This document shows, piece by piece, positions 41,001-49,731 of a stretch of DNA of 64,000 bases. Source of the stretch: Candidatus Poribacteria bacterium (GTDB lineage: Bacteria > Poribacteria > WGA-4E > GCA-2687025). The DNA lies in assembly GCA_963665845.2 (NCBI GenBank), contig OY762492.1, forward strand, positions 2,976,001-3,040,000, written 5' to 3'. A program made the position numbers and the translations under genes. Position 1 is the stretch's first letter. Every line of letters starts with the position of its first letter. The notes below the pieces were generated by a model. That model saw only the letters and a list, made by a program, of their open reading frames with translations, was not told the origin of the DNA and searched no databases.

Positions 41001-42151
41001 AAACGGCAAGAATCGCCCAAGAGCAGATCGTTAAAGAACGCGATATTGAGCGCGAACTCGGCATCCAGATCGCGCAGATCGCGCAACAGGAAGGAACGCA
41101 GGTCAGAGAAATTGAGCGGGTCTTGGCAACCGAAACGGCGCGCATCGATCAAGAGCGGGTCGTCCAAACGCGCGACATCGAAAAGAACCTCATCATCGAG
41201 ACGGCGCAGATTGATCAAACGCGCCAAGTCCAAGAGGCGGAAATCGAACGAACCTTGCGCGTTGAAACGGCAAGAATCGCCCAAGAGCAGATCGTTAAAG
41301 AACGCGATATTGAGCGCGAACTCGGCATTCAGATTGCCCAGATCGCGCAGCAGGAAGGAACGCAGGTTCGAGAAATTGAGCGCGTCTTGGCAACCGAAAC
41401 GGCGCGCATCGATCAAGAGCGGGTCGTCCAAACGCGCGACATCGAAAAGAACCTCATCATCGAGACAGCGCAGATCGACCAGACAAGGCAGGTGCAGGAG
41501 GCGGAGATCCAGCGCACCTTAGTGGTGGATACGGCGCGGATCAATCAGGAGATGATGGTCGCCTTGGTCGGCGAAGACAAAAACATCTCGATCTTCAACC
41601 GTCAGCGCGACACCGAATTGTCTGAACGGGACAAGCTGGAAGCCGAGGCCGAAAAGGCTGAAGCGATGGTGAACGTGTCGGCGGTGGAACGCACGCGCGA
41701 AGCGGAATGGCAGCGCGAAGTGGCGATCATCAACGCCGAGAGTCAGGCGCAGCCGATAGAGCGGCTTGCCGAAGCGATACTCGCCGAGGCGCAGGCAAAG
41801 GCGGAAGGCGAAATGGCGCACCTGCAAGCGCGCAACACCGCCGAACAGCGCGTCCTCGTACAAGAAGCGGTTATGGAGCTGATCGACCGCTCCCCCGACA
41901 TCGTTGAGCAGATGGTGAAGCCCGCCGAGCAGATCGACAGCATCAAAATACTGGACATGGGGCAAGGCGACGGACCCGCCAACCGAAACAACATGGGCAA
42001 ACTTGCCAACACGATACTGGACACGGGCGTTCTGTCGCCGATTTTGAAGGAGCTGTTCAACTTCGCCGATGTGGACGCGGAGCAGATTGCGGACAAGCTG
42101 ACCGAGTATCTGGGCGCGCTCATTCGTCCGCAGGCGCCCGACAACGACTAG
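37997..42151 (+). CDS. Giant flotillin-like SPFH protein with 88-aa tandem-repeat coiled-coil stalk
   Basis: Two N-terminal TM segments. SPFH domain (ALVRTGG, ALITSDFLRADIEAAFFIRV, DLEENGLTLETVSL, NNQFDAQG). Flotillin C-terminus (MVKPAEQIDSIKILDMG). Confidence 0.9.
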   Translation: MRIGITIGVAVIAVFFAAIAPERLGMDNMITDKTISGLLKYGMLIGLPVVAALAAMYRYEKPRADQALVRTGGRKEKISITGGLWVNKIIHEIRQIFLDTVRLDIVRVGPDALITSDFLRADIEAAFFIRVEPDPDQILRAAQSLGERTMTAEELTELLEQKLEGALRTVAAEKELQDLLQKRKDFGEAVQESVKTDLEENGLTLETVSLIRVDQAPLESMDENNQFDAQGILKITEITQENRYEAEKIRLEVDVQITEAETSTQEEKLELNKRLAWAEAEQAKEIATYAAEKEADTLAFQYEQDQRIQETEQMTKLAIERATIEQEQGVLEREIEKLLHVETARIQQEQFVQEAEIEKNLNVELAQVDQSQKVQIAEVERMLAVEMARVAQEQTVEEREIERNLGVETAEIAQQEAVQVRDVERVMATETARIDQERVVQTRDIEKNLIIETAQIDQTRQVQEAEIERSLRVETARIAQEQIVKERDIERELGIQIAQIAQQEGTQVREIERVLATETARIDQERVVQTRDIEKNLIIETAQIDQTRQVQEAEIERSLRVETARIAQEQIVKERDIERELGIQIAQIAQQEGTQVREIERVLATETARIDQERVVQTRDIEKNLIIETAQIDQTRQVQEAEIERTLRVETARIAQEQIVKERDIERELGIQIAQIAQQEGTQVREIERVLATETARIDQERVVQTRDIEKNLIIETAQIDQTRQVQEAEIERTLRVETARIAQEQIVKERDIERELGIQIAQIAQQEGTQVREIERVLATETARIDQERVVQTRDIEKNLIIETAQIDQTRQVQEAEIERTLRVETARIAQEQIVKERDIERELGIQIAQIAQQEGTQVREVERVLATETARIDQERVVQTRDIEKNLIIETAQIDQTRQVQEAEIERTLRVETARIAQEQVVKERDIERELGIQIAQIAQQEGTQVREIERVLATETARIDQERVVQTRDIEKNLIIETAQIDQTRQVQEAEIERTLRVETARIAQEQIVKERDIERELGIQIAQIAQQEGTQVREIERVLATETARIDQERVVQTRDIEKNLIIETAQIDQTRQVQEAEIERTLRVETARIAQEQIVKERDIERELGIQIAQIAQQEGTQVREIERVLATETARIDQERVVQTRDIEKNLIIETAQIDQTRQVQEAEIQRTLVVDTARINQEMMVALVGEDKNISIFNRQRDTELSERDKLEAEAEKAEAMVNVSAVERTREAEWQREVAIINAESQAQPIERLAEAILAEAQAKAEGEMAHLQARNTAEQRVLVQEAVMELIDRSPDIVEQMVKPAEQIDSIKILDMGQGDGPANRNNMGKLANTILDTGVLSPILKELFNFADVDAEQIADKLTEYLGALIRPQAPDND
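39302..41545 (+). repeat. Intragenic 264-bp tandem repeat, 8.5 copies
   Basis: Units start at 39302, 39566, 39830, 40094, 40358, 40622, 40886, 41150 and 41414 (half unit). Confidence 0.95.
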
Positions 42152-42157
42152 CGGCGC

Positions 42158-43120
42158 ATGGGGGCGTTAGCCGAGATCGTCGGGCATGAGACGCAGATAG
42201 AGTTGCTTCGGAGCGCCGTTGAATCGCGCAGTCCGGCGGAGGCGTATCTGTTTGCGGGTTTGCCGGGCGTCGGGAAAAAGACGCTGGCGCTCGCCTTTGC
42301 CGCGGCGCTCAACTGCGAGGAGTCGGCGGACGACGCATGCGGCGAGTGCGTCTCATGCAGAAAAGCCGTCTCGCTGAACCATCCGGACGTTCGCCTCTTT
42401 CAACCGGACGGCGCCGTTTTTAAGGTGGATCAGGTGCGCGAAATACGCCGCCTGCTCACCTTTCAACCGATGGAGGCGCGGCGCAAAGCGTATGTGTTGA
42501 CCGACGTGGAAACGATGCGCGCCGAAGCGGCGAACGCTTTTTTGAAGTCGCTGGAGGAGCCGCCCGGCGCGACGACGATTATCCTGACAACCTCCAACAT
42601 CAACGCGCTGCTGCCGACGATACTATCCCGCTGCCAGATTTTGAAGCTGCTGCCGGCCTCCATGGAGACGCTGACGGCGGCCCTCGCGGAGCGCGGCATG
42701 GAGGAAGCGGAGGCGCTGGCTCTCGCGCGGCAGTCCGGCGGACGGGCGGGGCGCGCTTTTCAAGCGATGTCCGCCAAACAAAGCGCCGGCGCGGACGAGC
42801 AGATCGAAGCGCTGCGGCAGGCGGACGAGCTGGACGCCTTCCGTCTGGCGGAGAGCTGGCAGACGCGGCCTGAACAGCTGGAGGATCTGATGGCGTCGCT
42901 GCGGCGGGCGCTTCAGTGGCGCGTCGGGATTAAGCGGGAGGAATGCTCCGTCGCGCTGGCGGCGTTCGCGCGCGGCGAGACGGAGCGGTCGCTTCAACGC
43001 AAAATGCGCGCCGTCATGGAGGCGCAATACAGGCTCAAACGGAACCTGAACGGCGCGCTTGTGATGGAATGCCTCGCCTTTCAGCTGCTGGCGCCGCCCG
43101 GCGGACAGCGGCGCCGTTAG
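42158..43120 (+). CDS. holB: DNA polymerase III subunit delta'
   Basis: AYLFAGLPGVGK, C...ACGECVSC zinc site, HPDV, AANAFLKSLEEPP, LLPTILSRC. Confidence 0.92.
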   Translation: MGALAEIVGHETQIELLRSAVESRSPAEAYLFAGLPGVGKKTLALAFAAALNCEESADDACGECVSCRKAVSLNHPDVRLFQPDGAVFKVDQVREIRRLLTFQPMEARRKAYVLTDVETMRAEAANAFLKSLEEPPGATTIILTTSNINALLPTILSRCQILKLLPASMETLTAALAERGMEEAEALALARQSGGRAGRAFQAMSAKQSAGADEQIEALRQADELDAFRLAESWQTRPEQLEDLMASLRRALQWRVGIKREECSVALAAFARGETERSLQRKMRAVMEAQYRLKRNLNGALVMECLAFQLLAPPGGQRRR

Positions 43121-46100
43121 GGGCTTCTGCCGGCGTCCCAGACGCGAATCGCGCTTCCGCCTCCGCTGACAAGCCTCAACCCGTCCGGCGAAAAGGCGAG
43201 CGAGCGAACCCTGTCCGTGTCTCCTTTGAACGTTTGGAGACGCTTGCCTGTCTCGGCGTCCCAGACGCTTATCGTTTTGTCGTAGCCGCCGGCGGCAAGC
43301 TTGGCGCCGTCCCGCGAATACGCCACAGCGTAGATAGAGGACGGACCCCTTCTGAACGCATGCAGCTGCTCTCCTGTCTCGGCGTCCCAGACATAGACCG
43401 CGCCGTCTCGGCCGGCGGTGGCGATCTTGGAGCCGTCCGGCGAATACGCCGCCGAATAAACTTCGAGCCGATGCCCTCTGAGCGTTAGGAGAACGCCGCC
43501 TGTTTCGACATCGAAGATGTACACTTTATGGTCGGAGCAGCCGGCGGCGATCCTGGAGCCGTCTGGAGAATAGGCGGCGGTACGGACGCCTGAAGACGCC
43601 GCGAAGGTTTTTAAAAGCGCTCCGGTCTCGGCGTCCCAGACGCGTACCGTGCCGTCGTAGCTGCCGCTGGCGATCCTGGAACCGTCCTGTGAATACGCCG
43701 CCTCCGTAACCGAGTGTGTATGCCCCTTGAGCGTATGCAGAAGCGCGCCGGTCTCGGCGTCCCAGATGCGTACCGTCTTGCCGGCGCCGCCGGCGAGCCT
43801 GGAACCGTCCGGAGAATAGACGCTGCCCGAATGCCCTTTGAGCGTTCGCAGCTCCTCGCCTGTATTGGCGTCCCAGATGCGAACCGTCGTGCCGACGCGG
43901 CCGGCGATCTTGGAGCCGTCCGGCGAATAGACTGCCGCCGCATGCGACGCCTCCCCGTTTCCTCTTAAAACGGCTCTCAAAGCGGGATCGTTGAGATAAA
44001 TGTTGGACGCGGCATTGTCCCCGACGGAGCTGAGCGGAACGCTCACCTCAACCGCGGTCTGCCCTGACGGTTCGATGATCGCTCTGTAGATGGAGCCGAC
44101 GCCTTGAAAGCCGCGGACGCTGCCGTATTTGACAGAGATGTCCTCATGCGTGAAGCCGTCCGCGACGCCGCTAAAGGCGATCGTTACCTCAAACGGAATC
44201 TGCATCCCTTTTTCAGGTCCGCTCACCGTCACGGTTAACGGCGGCGCCGGCTCCGCCTTCAGCCGCCAAATGCGCATCGCTTGATCGTCTCCCGCGCTCA
44301 CAAGCGCGCGTCCGTCCGGGGAGATGTCCACCGCGCGGACGGCGCCGTTATGCGCCTTGTATGTTTGCGCCGGCTCGCCTGTTTCGGCGTTTAAGAGGCG
44401 AATCATGCCGTCCTCCCCGCCGTCGGCGAGCGCGTTGTCTTCAAAATGATCGGCTAAATACGCCTCCCCAGAAGCGCCGGTCAATGTGCGAATCGCTTCG
44501 CCGGTCGAAGCGTCCCAGACGCGAACCGCCCCGTCCTCTCCCGCAGAGACGAGCGACTTGCCGTCGGAGGAAAAGGCGGCGAATGGTACGGCGCCGGAAT
44601 GCGCTTTGATCGTTTGAAGAATAACCCCTGCCGCGGGGTTCCAGATATGGATGGAGCCGTCCGCCCCTCCGCTGACAATCATCGTTCCGTCCGGCGAATA
44701 TGCGGCGGTATGGACGGCGCCCGTAGACCCCTTCAGCGTTAGGAACCGCTTGCCGGTTTCGGCGTCCCATAGATGTATCGCGCCGTCCGCCCCGCCGCTG
44801 ACAATCTCGGCGCCGTTGGGCGAATACGCGGCGCACAGTACGGAACCTGTATGCCCCGTCCATTCCGCCTTCAAGAGGAGGCAGGCGGCGTAGATGTTGG
44901 AGGGGAGATGGCTGCCTGCGGCGTTTGCGGGAACTTTGACCCGCGTGTAGTCGGCGCCGATGGGCTGAATGAGCGCCTGATACGCGGCGCCAGAACCGCT
45001 TAGGCTGACAACCTTTCCGTTCACCGCCTCAATGTCGGACGGCTCAAAGCCGCTGACCGGTTCGCTAAAGACGATGTCGGTTGTAAAGGCGCCGTCAACG
45101 ACATCGTCGGGTCCGCTCACCTTCACCGTCAAGGGCGGAGGCGGCGGTTCGCCCGCTTTGACCGTCCAAAGCCGAACCGAGTTGTCCGAGCTGCCGCTGG
45201 CAAGCATGAAACCGTCCGGCGAAAAGGCGATCGAAAGTACCTCATCCGTATGCCCTTCATATGTTTGCAGCGGTTTGCCGGTTGCGGCGTCCCAGATTCG
45301 CGCCGTTTTGTCTTCGCTTCCGCTGGCGATCATGGAGCCGTCCGGCGAAAAGGCGGCGGATCGAACCTTGTCGGTATGCCCTGTGAGCGTGCGGATCGTT
45401 TCGCCCGTTTTGAGTTCCCAGATCCGAACGGCGTCAGTCTCTCCGGCGCTGGCGACCAGTTCGCCGTCCGGCGAAAAGGCGACCGTATGAATGGAACCAA
45501 AAGGATCGTTGAACGCGCGGATCGTCTCGCCCGTCTCGGCGTTCCAGATGCGTACCGCGCTTCGGCTTGCGCTGGCGAGCATAGACCCGACCATCGAAAA
45601 GGCGACGATATTGACCTCGTCGGAATGCCCTGTGAGCGTTCGCAGATGCTCCCCTGTGGCGGCGTCCCAGATGCGTATTGTTTTATCGTCGCTTGCGCTG
45701 GCGAGCATGGAGCCGTCCGGCGAATAGGCAACCGAACGCACATAATCGGAATGCCCTGTGAGCGTTCGGATTATTTTGCCGGTTTCAGGACTCCAAATTT
45801 CAACGTTTTTGTGCGGATCAATGGCAAGCATGGAGCCGTCCGGCGAAAAGACGGGGAATCCCCTCTCTCTAATCTGTTGAAGCGTCTCGCCGGTTGCAGG
45901 GTTCCATATCATCGTCCATGGATAACCGCAGCTGGCAATCAGGGAGCCGTCCGGCGAAAAGGCGACCGAAACGACCCCATCGGTATGCTCGGTGAACGCC
46001 GCTTTCGCGGCTGGATAAAAGGAGTACGCGTTGGATTGGATGTTGTTCGCGGCGGCTTTCTTTGGAACGCGAACGCGCGCGGCGTCCAAGCCGGCGGGCT

Positions 46101-47262
46101 GGATCGTCGCCGTATAGAGATCGCCGTCTCCGCTGAAGTTCGTCACGGCGCCGTTTTCCACATGAATATCGGACTTCCGAAAGCCTTTCACACTCATGCT
46201 GAACTGGATCGTTATATCAAAGGTTCCCTCTCCGCTCGCCTTCCCGCCGTTGATCCGCACAGAGGGGCCGGACATAGTAGGCAGGTCTTTCCAGAGAAGA
46301 ATCGTCTTGCCGTCAACGCCTGCGAGCGTCGTACCGTCCGGCGAAAACGCTTCAGATGAAACAAAACCTGTACTCCCTTTGAACGTTCGGAGAAGCGCGC
46401 CCGAGTAGGCGTCCAAGATCTGATTGTCGTCGCTGACAGCAATCATTTTTCCGTCCGGCGAAAACGCGATGGACCAGCTGTTGCCGATATTCCCTTGGAG
46501 CGTTCGGAGAGGCGCGCCCGATTGGGCATCCCAGATGCGAATCGTGTTGTCGGCGCTTCCGCTGGCGAGCAGTGAGCCGTCCGGCGAAAAGGCGACCGAA
46601 TAGATGTTGTCGGTATGCCCTTCGAGCGTCTGGAGAATCTCGCCCGTCTCTGCGTCGCGGATGTGTACCGTATCGCCTCTGCCGCCGTTGGCGAGTTTGG
46701 TTCCGTCCGGCGAAAAGGCGGCGGAATAGACAACAGGCGTGAATCCTTCCCGCTCATTGCCTCGAAGCGTCAGCAGCCTGTCGCCGGTTTCAGGGTTCCA
46801 AACCCCGAACCTATGCCCTCCGCCGACGAGTTTGGTTCCGTCCGGCGAAAAGGCGATGGAAAGGTAACCTTCCGTATCGATTGTTCGCAGATGTTCGCCC
46901 GTTTCAGGGTCCCAGATGCGTATCGTCTCATCGCTTCCTCCGCTGGCGAGCATGGAGCCGTCCGGCGAATAGACGAGGGAACGGATGTTTTTTGTATGCC
47001 CTTCCAGCGTTTGCAGCGTCTCGCCTGTCTTCAGGTTCCAGATGCGTATCGTCTTGTCATCGCTTCCGCTGGCGAGCATGGAACCGTCCGGCGAATAAGC
47101 GGCAGCCCTGACCAAATCGGCATGCCCTTCCAGCGTTTGCGCCGCGTCAGGTTTGTTGAGATAAAAATAGGCGCTCACCCCCAACGCAACTGCCGCAAAG
47201 AGCAATCCGATACGCGCGGGCGTGGATGAGACGGCTTTTTTCATGCGCGTTTTCATCTTCAT
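43117..47262 (-). CDS. Exported WD40/Ig-like protein (7 WD-Ig-7 WD-Ig-about 5 WD-Ig-7 WD)
   Basis: GH...SPDG..LASGS.D.TIRIW repeats separated by F.ITI.FS..V.GF..SDI.V.NG Ig modules; N-terminal anchor. Confidence 0.9.
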   Translation of the reverse strand: MKMKTRMKKAVSSTPARIGLLFAAVALGVSAYFYLNKPDAAQTLEGHADLVRAAAYSPDGSMLASGSDDKTIRIWNLKTGETLQTLEGHTKNIRSLVYSPDGSMLASGGSDETIRIWDPETGEHLRTIDTEGYLSIAFSPDGTKLVGGGHRFGVWNPETGDRLLTLRGNEREGFTPVVYSAAFSPDGTKLANGGRGDTVHIRDAETGEILQTLEGHTDNIYSVAFSPDGSLLASGSADNTIRIWDAQSGAPLRTLQGNIGNSWSIAFSPDGKMIAVSDDNQILDAYSGALLRTFKGSTGFVSSEAFSPDGTTLAGVDGKTILLWKDLPTMSGPSVRINGGKASGEGTFDITIQFSMSVKGFRKSDIHVENGAVTNFSGDGDLYTATIQPAGLDAARVRVPKKAAANNIQSNAYSFYPAAKAAFTEHTDGVVSVAFSPDGSLIASCGYPWTMIWNPATGETLQQIRERGFPVFSPDGSMLAIDPHKNVEIWSPETGKIIRTLTGHSDYVRSVAYSPDGSMLASASDDKTIRIWDAATGEHLRTLTGHSDEVNIVAFSMVGSMLASASRSAVRIWNAETGETIRAFNDPFGSIHTVAFSPDGELVASAGETDAVRIWELKTGETIRTLTGHTDKVRSAAFSPDGSMIASGSEDKTARIWDAATGKPLQTYEGHTDEVLSIAFSPDGFMLASGSSDNSVRLWTVKAGEPPPPPLTVKVSGPDDVVDGAFTTDIVFSEPVSGFEPSDIEAVNGKVVSLSGSGAAYQALIQPIGADYTRVKVPANAAGSHLPSNIYAACLLLKAEWTGHTGSVLCAAYSPNGAEIVSGGADGAIHLWDAETGKRFLTLKGSTGAVHTAAYSPDGTMIVSGGADGSIHIWNPAAGVILQTIKAHSGAVPFAAFSSDGKSLVSAGEDGAVRVWDASTGEAIRTLTGASGEAYLADHFEDNALADGGEDGMIRLLNAETGEPAQTYKAHNGAVRAVDISPDGRALVSAGDDQAMRIWRLKAEPAPPLTVTVSGPEKGMQIPFEVTIAFSGVADGFTHEDISVKYGSVRGFQGVGSIYRAIIEPSGQTAVEVSVPLSSVGDNAASNIYLNDPALRAVLRGNGEASHAAAVYSPDGSKIAGRVGTTVRIWDANTGEELRTLKGHSGSVYSPDGSRLAGGAGKTVRIWDAETGALLHTLKGHTHSVTEAAYSQDGSRIASGSYDGTVRVWDAETGALLKTFAASSGVRTAAYSPDGSRIAAGCSDHKVYIFDVETGGVLLTLRGHRLEVYSAAYSPDGSKIATAGRDGAVYVWDAETGEQLHAFRRGPSSIYAVAYSRDGAKLAAGGYDKTISVWDAETGKRLQTFKGDTDRVRSLAFSPDGLRLVSGGGSAIRVWDAGRSP

Positions 47263-49403
47263 TTCTTCTCTCCGTTGGCGCCGGCGGGGGCGGGAATCTC
47301 CCAGATGCGGACCGTCTTGTCGTCGCTGCCGCTGGCGAGCGAGCGGCCGTCCGGCGAAAAGGCAACCGCAAAAACGCTGCCGTAATGCCCCTCAAGCGTT
47401 CGGATCCGCTTGCCGGTTGCGGCGTCCCATATCCGAATCGTATAGTCTCGGCTGCCGCTGGCAAGCATGGAGCCGTCCGGCGAAAAGGCTAACGAATAAG
47501 CCCAATCGGTATGCCCCGTGAGCGTGTGGAGCGGCTTTCCTGTCGCTGCGTCCCATATCCGAATCACGTCGTCCGATCCGCCGACAGCGAACGCGGAGCC
47601 GACCGGCGAAAAGGCTAACGTAAAATAGTCGCCGAATTGCATTTGGAACATTCGCGCTGTTTCTCCTGTTGCGAGGCTCCAAATCCGAATCGTATTGTCG
47701 TAGCTGCCGCTGGCAAGCATGGAGCCGTCCGATGAAAAGGCGGCCGACGCGAGATCGTCCTTATGCCCTTTGAGCGTTTGCAGATGCTCTCCCGTGTCGG
47801 CGTCCCAGATGCGTACGGTTCGGTCCCCGCTGGCGCTGGCAAGCATGGAGCCGTCCCGCGAATACGACACCGAGTTGACCGAGCCTGTATGCCCTTTGAG
47901 CGTTTGGAGCGTTTTGCCTGTTTCGACGCTCCATATTCGAATCTCGCTGTTTCCATAGCCGCTGACAAGTTTCGTACCGTCCGGCGAATAGGCTAGAAAG
48001 TTGACCCATCCAGCGCCTTGGATGGTTCGAAGCGGCTCTCTTGCCGCAGGATTCCAGAGATGAATCTCTTGGTCATCGCCGATGGCAAGCGTCTTCCCGT
48101 CCGGCGAATAGGCGACAGCGCTGACCGAATACGCATGCTCCTTCAGCGCCGTTTTCAATGCGGAGTTGAAACGAAAGATGTTGGAGGCGGCGTTGCGGTC
48201 GACTGCGTTCGCCGCAACCATAACGCGCGTTGTGTCAAGGCTCATCGGCTGGATGGTCGCTTTGTAGGAATCGCCAGAGCCGCTGAAGCGGATAATGGCG
48301 CCGTTTTTTACCTGAATATCGGACTGCTCAAAGCCTTTCACGCTTTCGCTGAAGGAGACGGCTACATTAAATGCGCCTTTGCCGTATTCGCGCTCGCCTG
48401 TGATCCATACAGAGGGGCCGGTCAGGACAGGCGCTTCCCATATCTGAATCGTGCCGTCATAGTTGGCGCTGGCAACCGCTTTCCCGTCCGGCGAAAAGGC
48501 GGCGGAATAAACAAAAGGAGGATACCCTTCCAGCGTTTGGAGAACGGCGCCCGAGTAGGAATCCAGGATATAAAAGACGCCGTCCCAGCCGTGGACAACC
48601 ATCGTGGAACCGTCCGGCGAATAGTAGGCAAAATAAACATAATCCCCGTCTCCCTCAAAGATGCGGATCGTCTCGCCCTTTTCGACATCCCAAATGCGAA
48701 CGGTGTTGTCGATGCTTCCGCTGGCAAGCCGCGTTCCGTCCGGCGAAAAGCAAACGGAGTAGCAGTCTTCGGTATGCCCTTCCAGCGTTTGGAGCGTCTC
48801 GCCTGTTTCAACATCCCAAATGTGAATCGCGCCGCCGAACCCGCTGCCGTTGACCAGCCTTGTTCCGTCCGGCGAAAAAGCGAGGGCGCTGGCGGCGTCC
48901 CTGTGTTCACTCCTCTCAAATGTTCGGAGCGTCTCGCCTGTTTTAGGGTTCCAGACGATGACGACGCTGTCGCCGCAGCCGCTGGCGAGCATGGAGCCGT
49001 CCGGCGAAAAAACGATCGAATAGATATGAGCGGTATGCCCATGGAACGTTCGGAGCGTCTCGCCCGTGTTAGGGTCCCAAATGCGAACGGCGTTGTCGCC
49101 GCCGCCGCTGGCAAGCATAGACCCGTCCGGCGAATAGGCGGCGACATAGACGTCGCCCGTGTGTCCTTTGAGCGTTCGTATTGTCTCGCCTGTTTTGGCG
49201 TCCCAGATGCGAACCGTATCGTCTCGGCCGCCGCTGGCAAGTTTTGCGCCGTCCGGCGAATAGACCACTCTCAGAACGGATCCCGTATGCCCTTTGAGCG
49301 ATTTTCTCACGGGCTGGCTGCGGAGCGATCGGTTACTTCCTAGCGCCAACGCGGCGAGGATTAAGCAGGTCAAAACGAGGGCGGACGGGGGGCGTCTTCT
49401 CAT
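47259..49403 (-). CDS. Exported WD40/Ig-like protein (7 WD-Ig-7 WD)
   Basis: 14 WD40 repeats with a central Ig module; signal peptide; 4-nt overlap with the next gene. Confidence 0.9.
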   Translation of the reverse strand: MRRRPPSALVLTCLILAALALGSNRSLRSQPVRKSLKGHTGSVLRVVYSPDGAKLASGGRDDTVRIWDAKTGETIRTLKGHTGDVYVAAYSPDGSMLASGGGDNAVRIWDPNTGETLRTFHGHTAHIYSIVFSPDGSMLASGCGDSVVIVWNPKTGETLRTFERSEHRDAASALAFSPDGTRLVNGSGFGGAIHIWDVETGETLQTLEGHTEDCYSVCFSPDGTRLASGSIDNTVRIWDVEKGETIRIFEGDGDYVYFAYYSPDGSTMVVHGWDGVFYILDSYSGAVLQTLEGYPPFVYSAAFSPDGKAVASANYDGTIQIWEAPVLTGPSVWITGEREYGKGAFNVAVSFSESVKGFEQSDIQVKNGAIIRFSGSGDSYKATIQPMSLDTTRVMVAANAVDRNAASNIFRFNSALKTALKEHAYSVSAVAYSPDGKTLAIGDDQEIHLWNPAAREPLRTIQGAGWVNFLAYSPDGTKLVSGYGNSEIRIWSVETGKTLQTLKGHTGSVNSVSYSRDGSMLASASGDRTVRIWDADTGEHLQTLKGHKDDLASAAFSSDGSMLASGSYDNTIRIWSLATGETARMFQMQFGDYFTLAFSPVGSAFAVGGSDDVIRIWDAATGKPLHTLTGHTDWAYSLAFSPDGSMLASGSRDYTIRIWDAATGKRIRTLEGHYGSVFAVAFSPDGRSLASGSDDKTVRIWEIPAPAGANGEKK

Positions 49404-49547
49404 CAGGTACTCCTAGGCGGCTGACTCATTTTACCGCCTGCTGAATAAGATGTGAACCCGCATGAGAAAGGGACAGGGTTCTTCCTTGCCGCGCCCGCCG
49501 ACTGCGGAAATTTGCGCAACGCCAAACGCGCCCCGCGCCGCCTTCCT

Positions 49548-49722
49548 GTCATTCCCGCGTAAGCGGGAATCTTAGGCACAGAAGACGACATCTGCAGATG
49601 TCGAAACCCCCCTAGCCCCCCTTTTCAAGGGGGGAATCCGCCGCGCAAACCCCCCTAGCCCCCCTTTTCAAGGGGGGAATCCGCCGCGCAAACCCCCCTA
49701 GCCCCCTTTTCAAGGGGGAATT
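49548..49722. repeat. REP hairpin plus triple tandem CCCCCTTTTCAAGGGGG hairpin repeat
   Basis: GTCATTCCCGCGTAAGCGGGAATC, then three copies of about 41-42 bp of AAACCCCCCTAGCCCCCCTTTTCAAGGGGGGAAT. Confidence 0.85.
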
Positions 49723-49731
49723 CTCTGCTCC

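Noticed and set aside
38609-41431. 940-aa antisense ORF with Leu/Asp/Arg repeats
   Set aside because: It is the reverse-strand shadow of the flotillin repeat. The plus-strand protein is conserved between units while this frame varies at the wobble-derived positions.
49605-49722. Three tandem palindromic repeats resembling a mini-CRISPR
   Set aside because: The sequences between repeats are identical and short rather than unique spacers, no cas genes are present, and the hairpin occurs elsewhere as a dispersed repeat.
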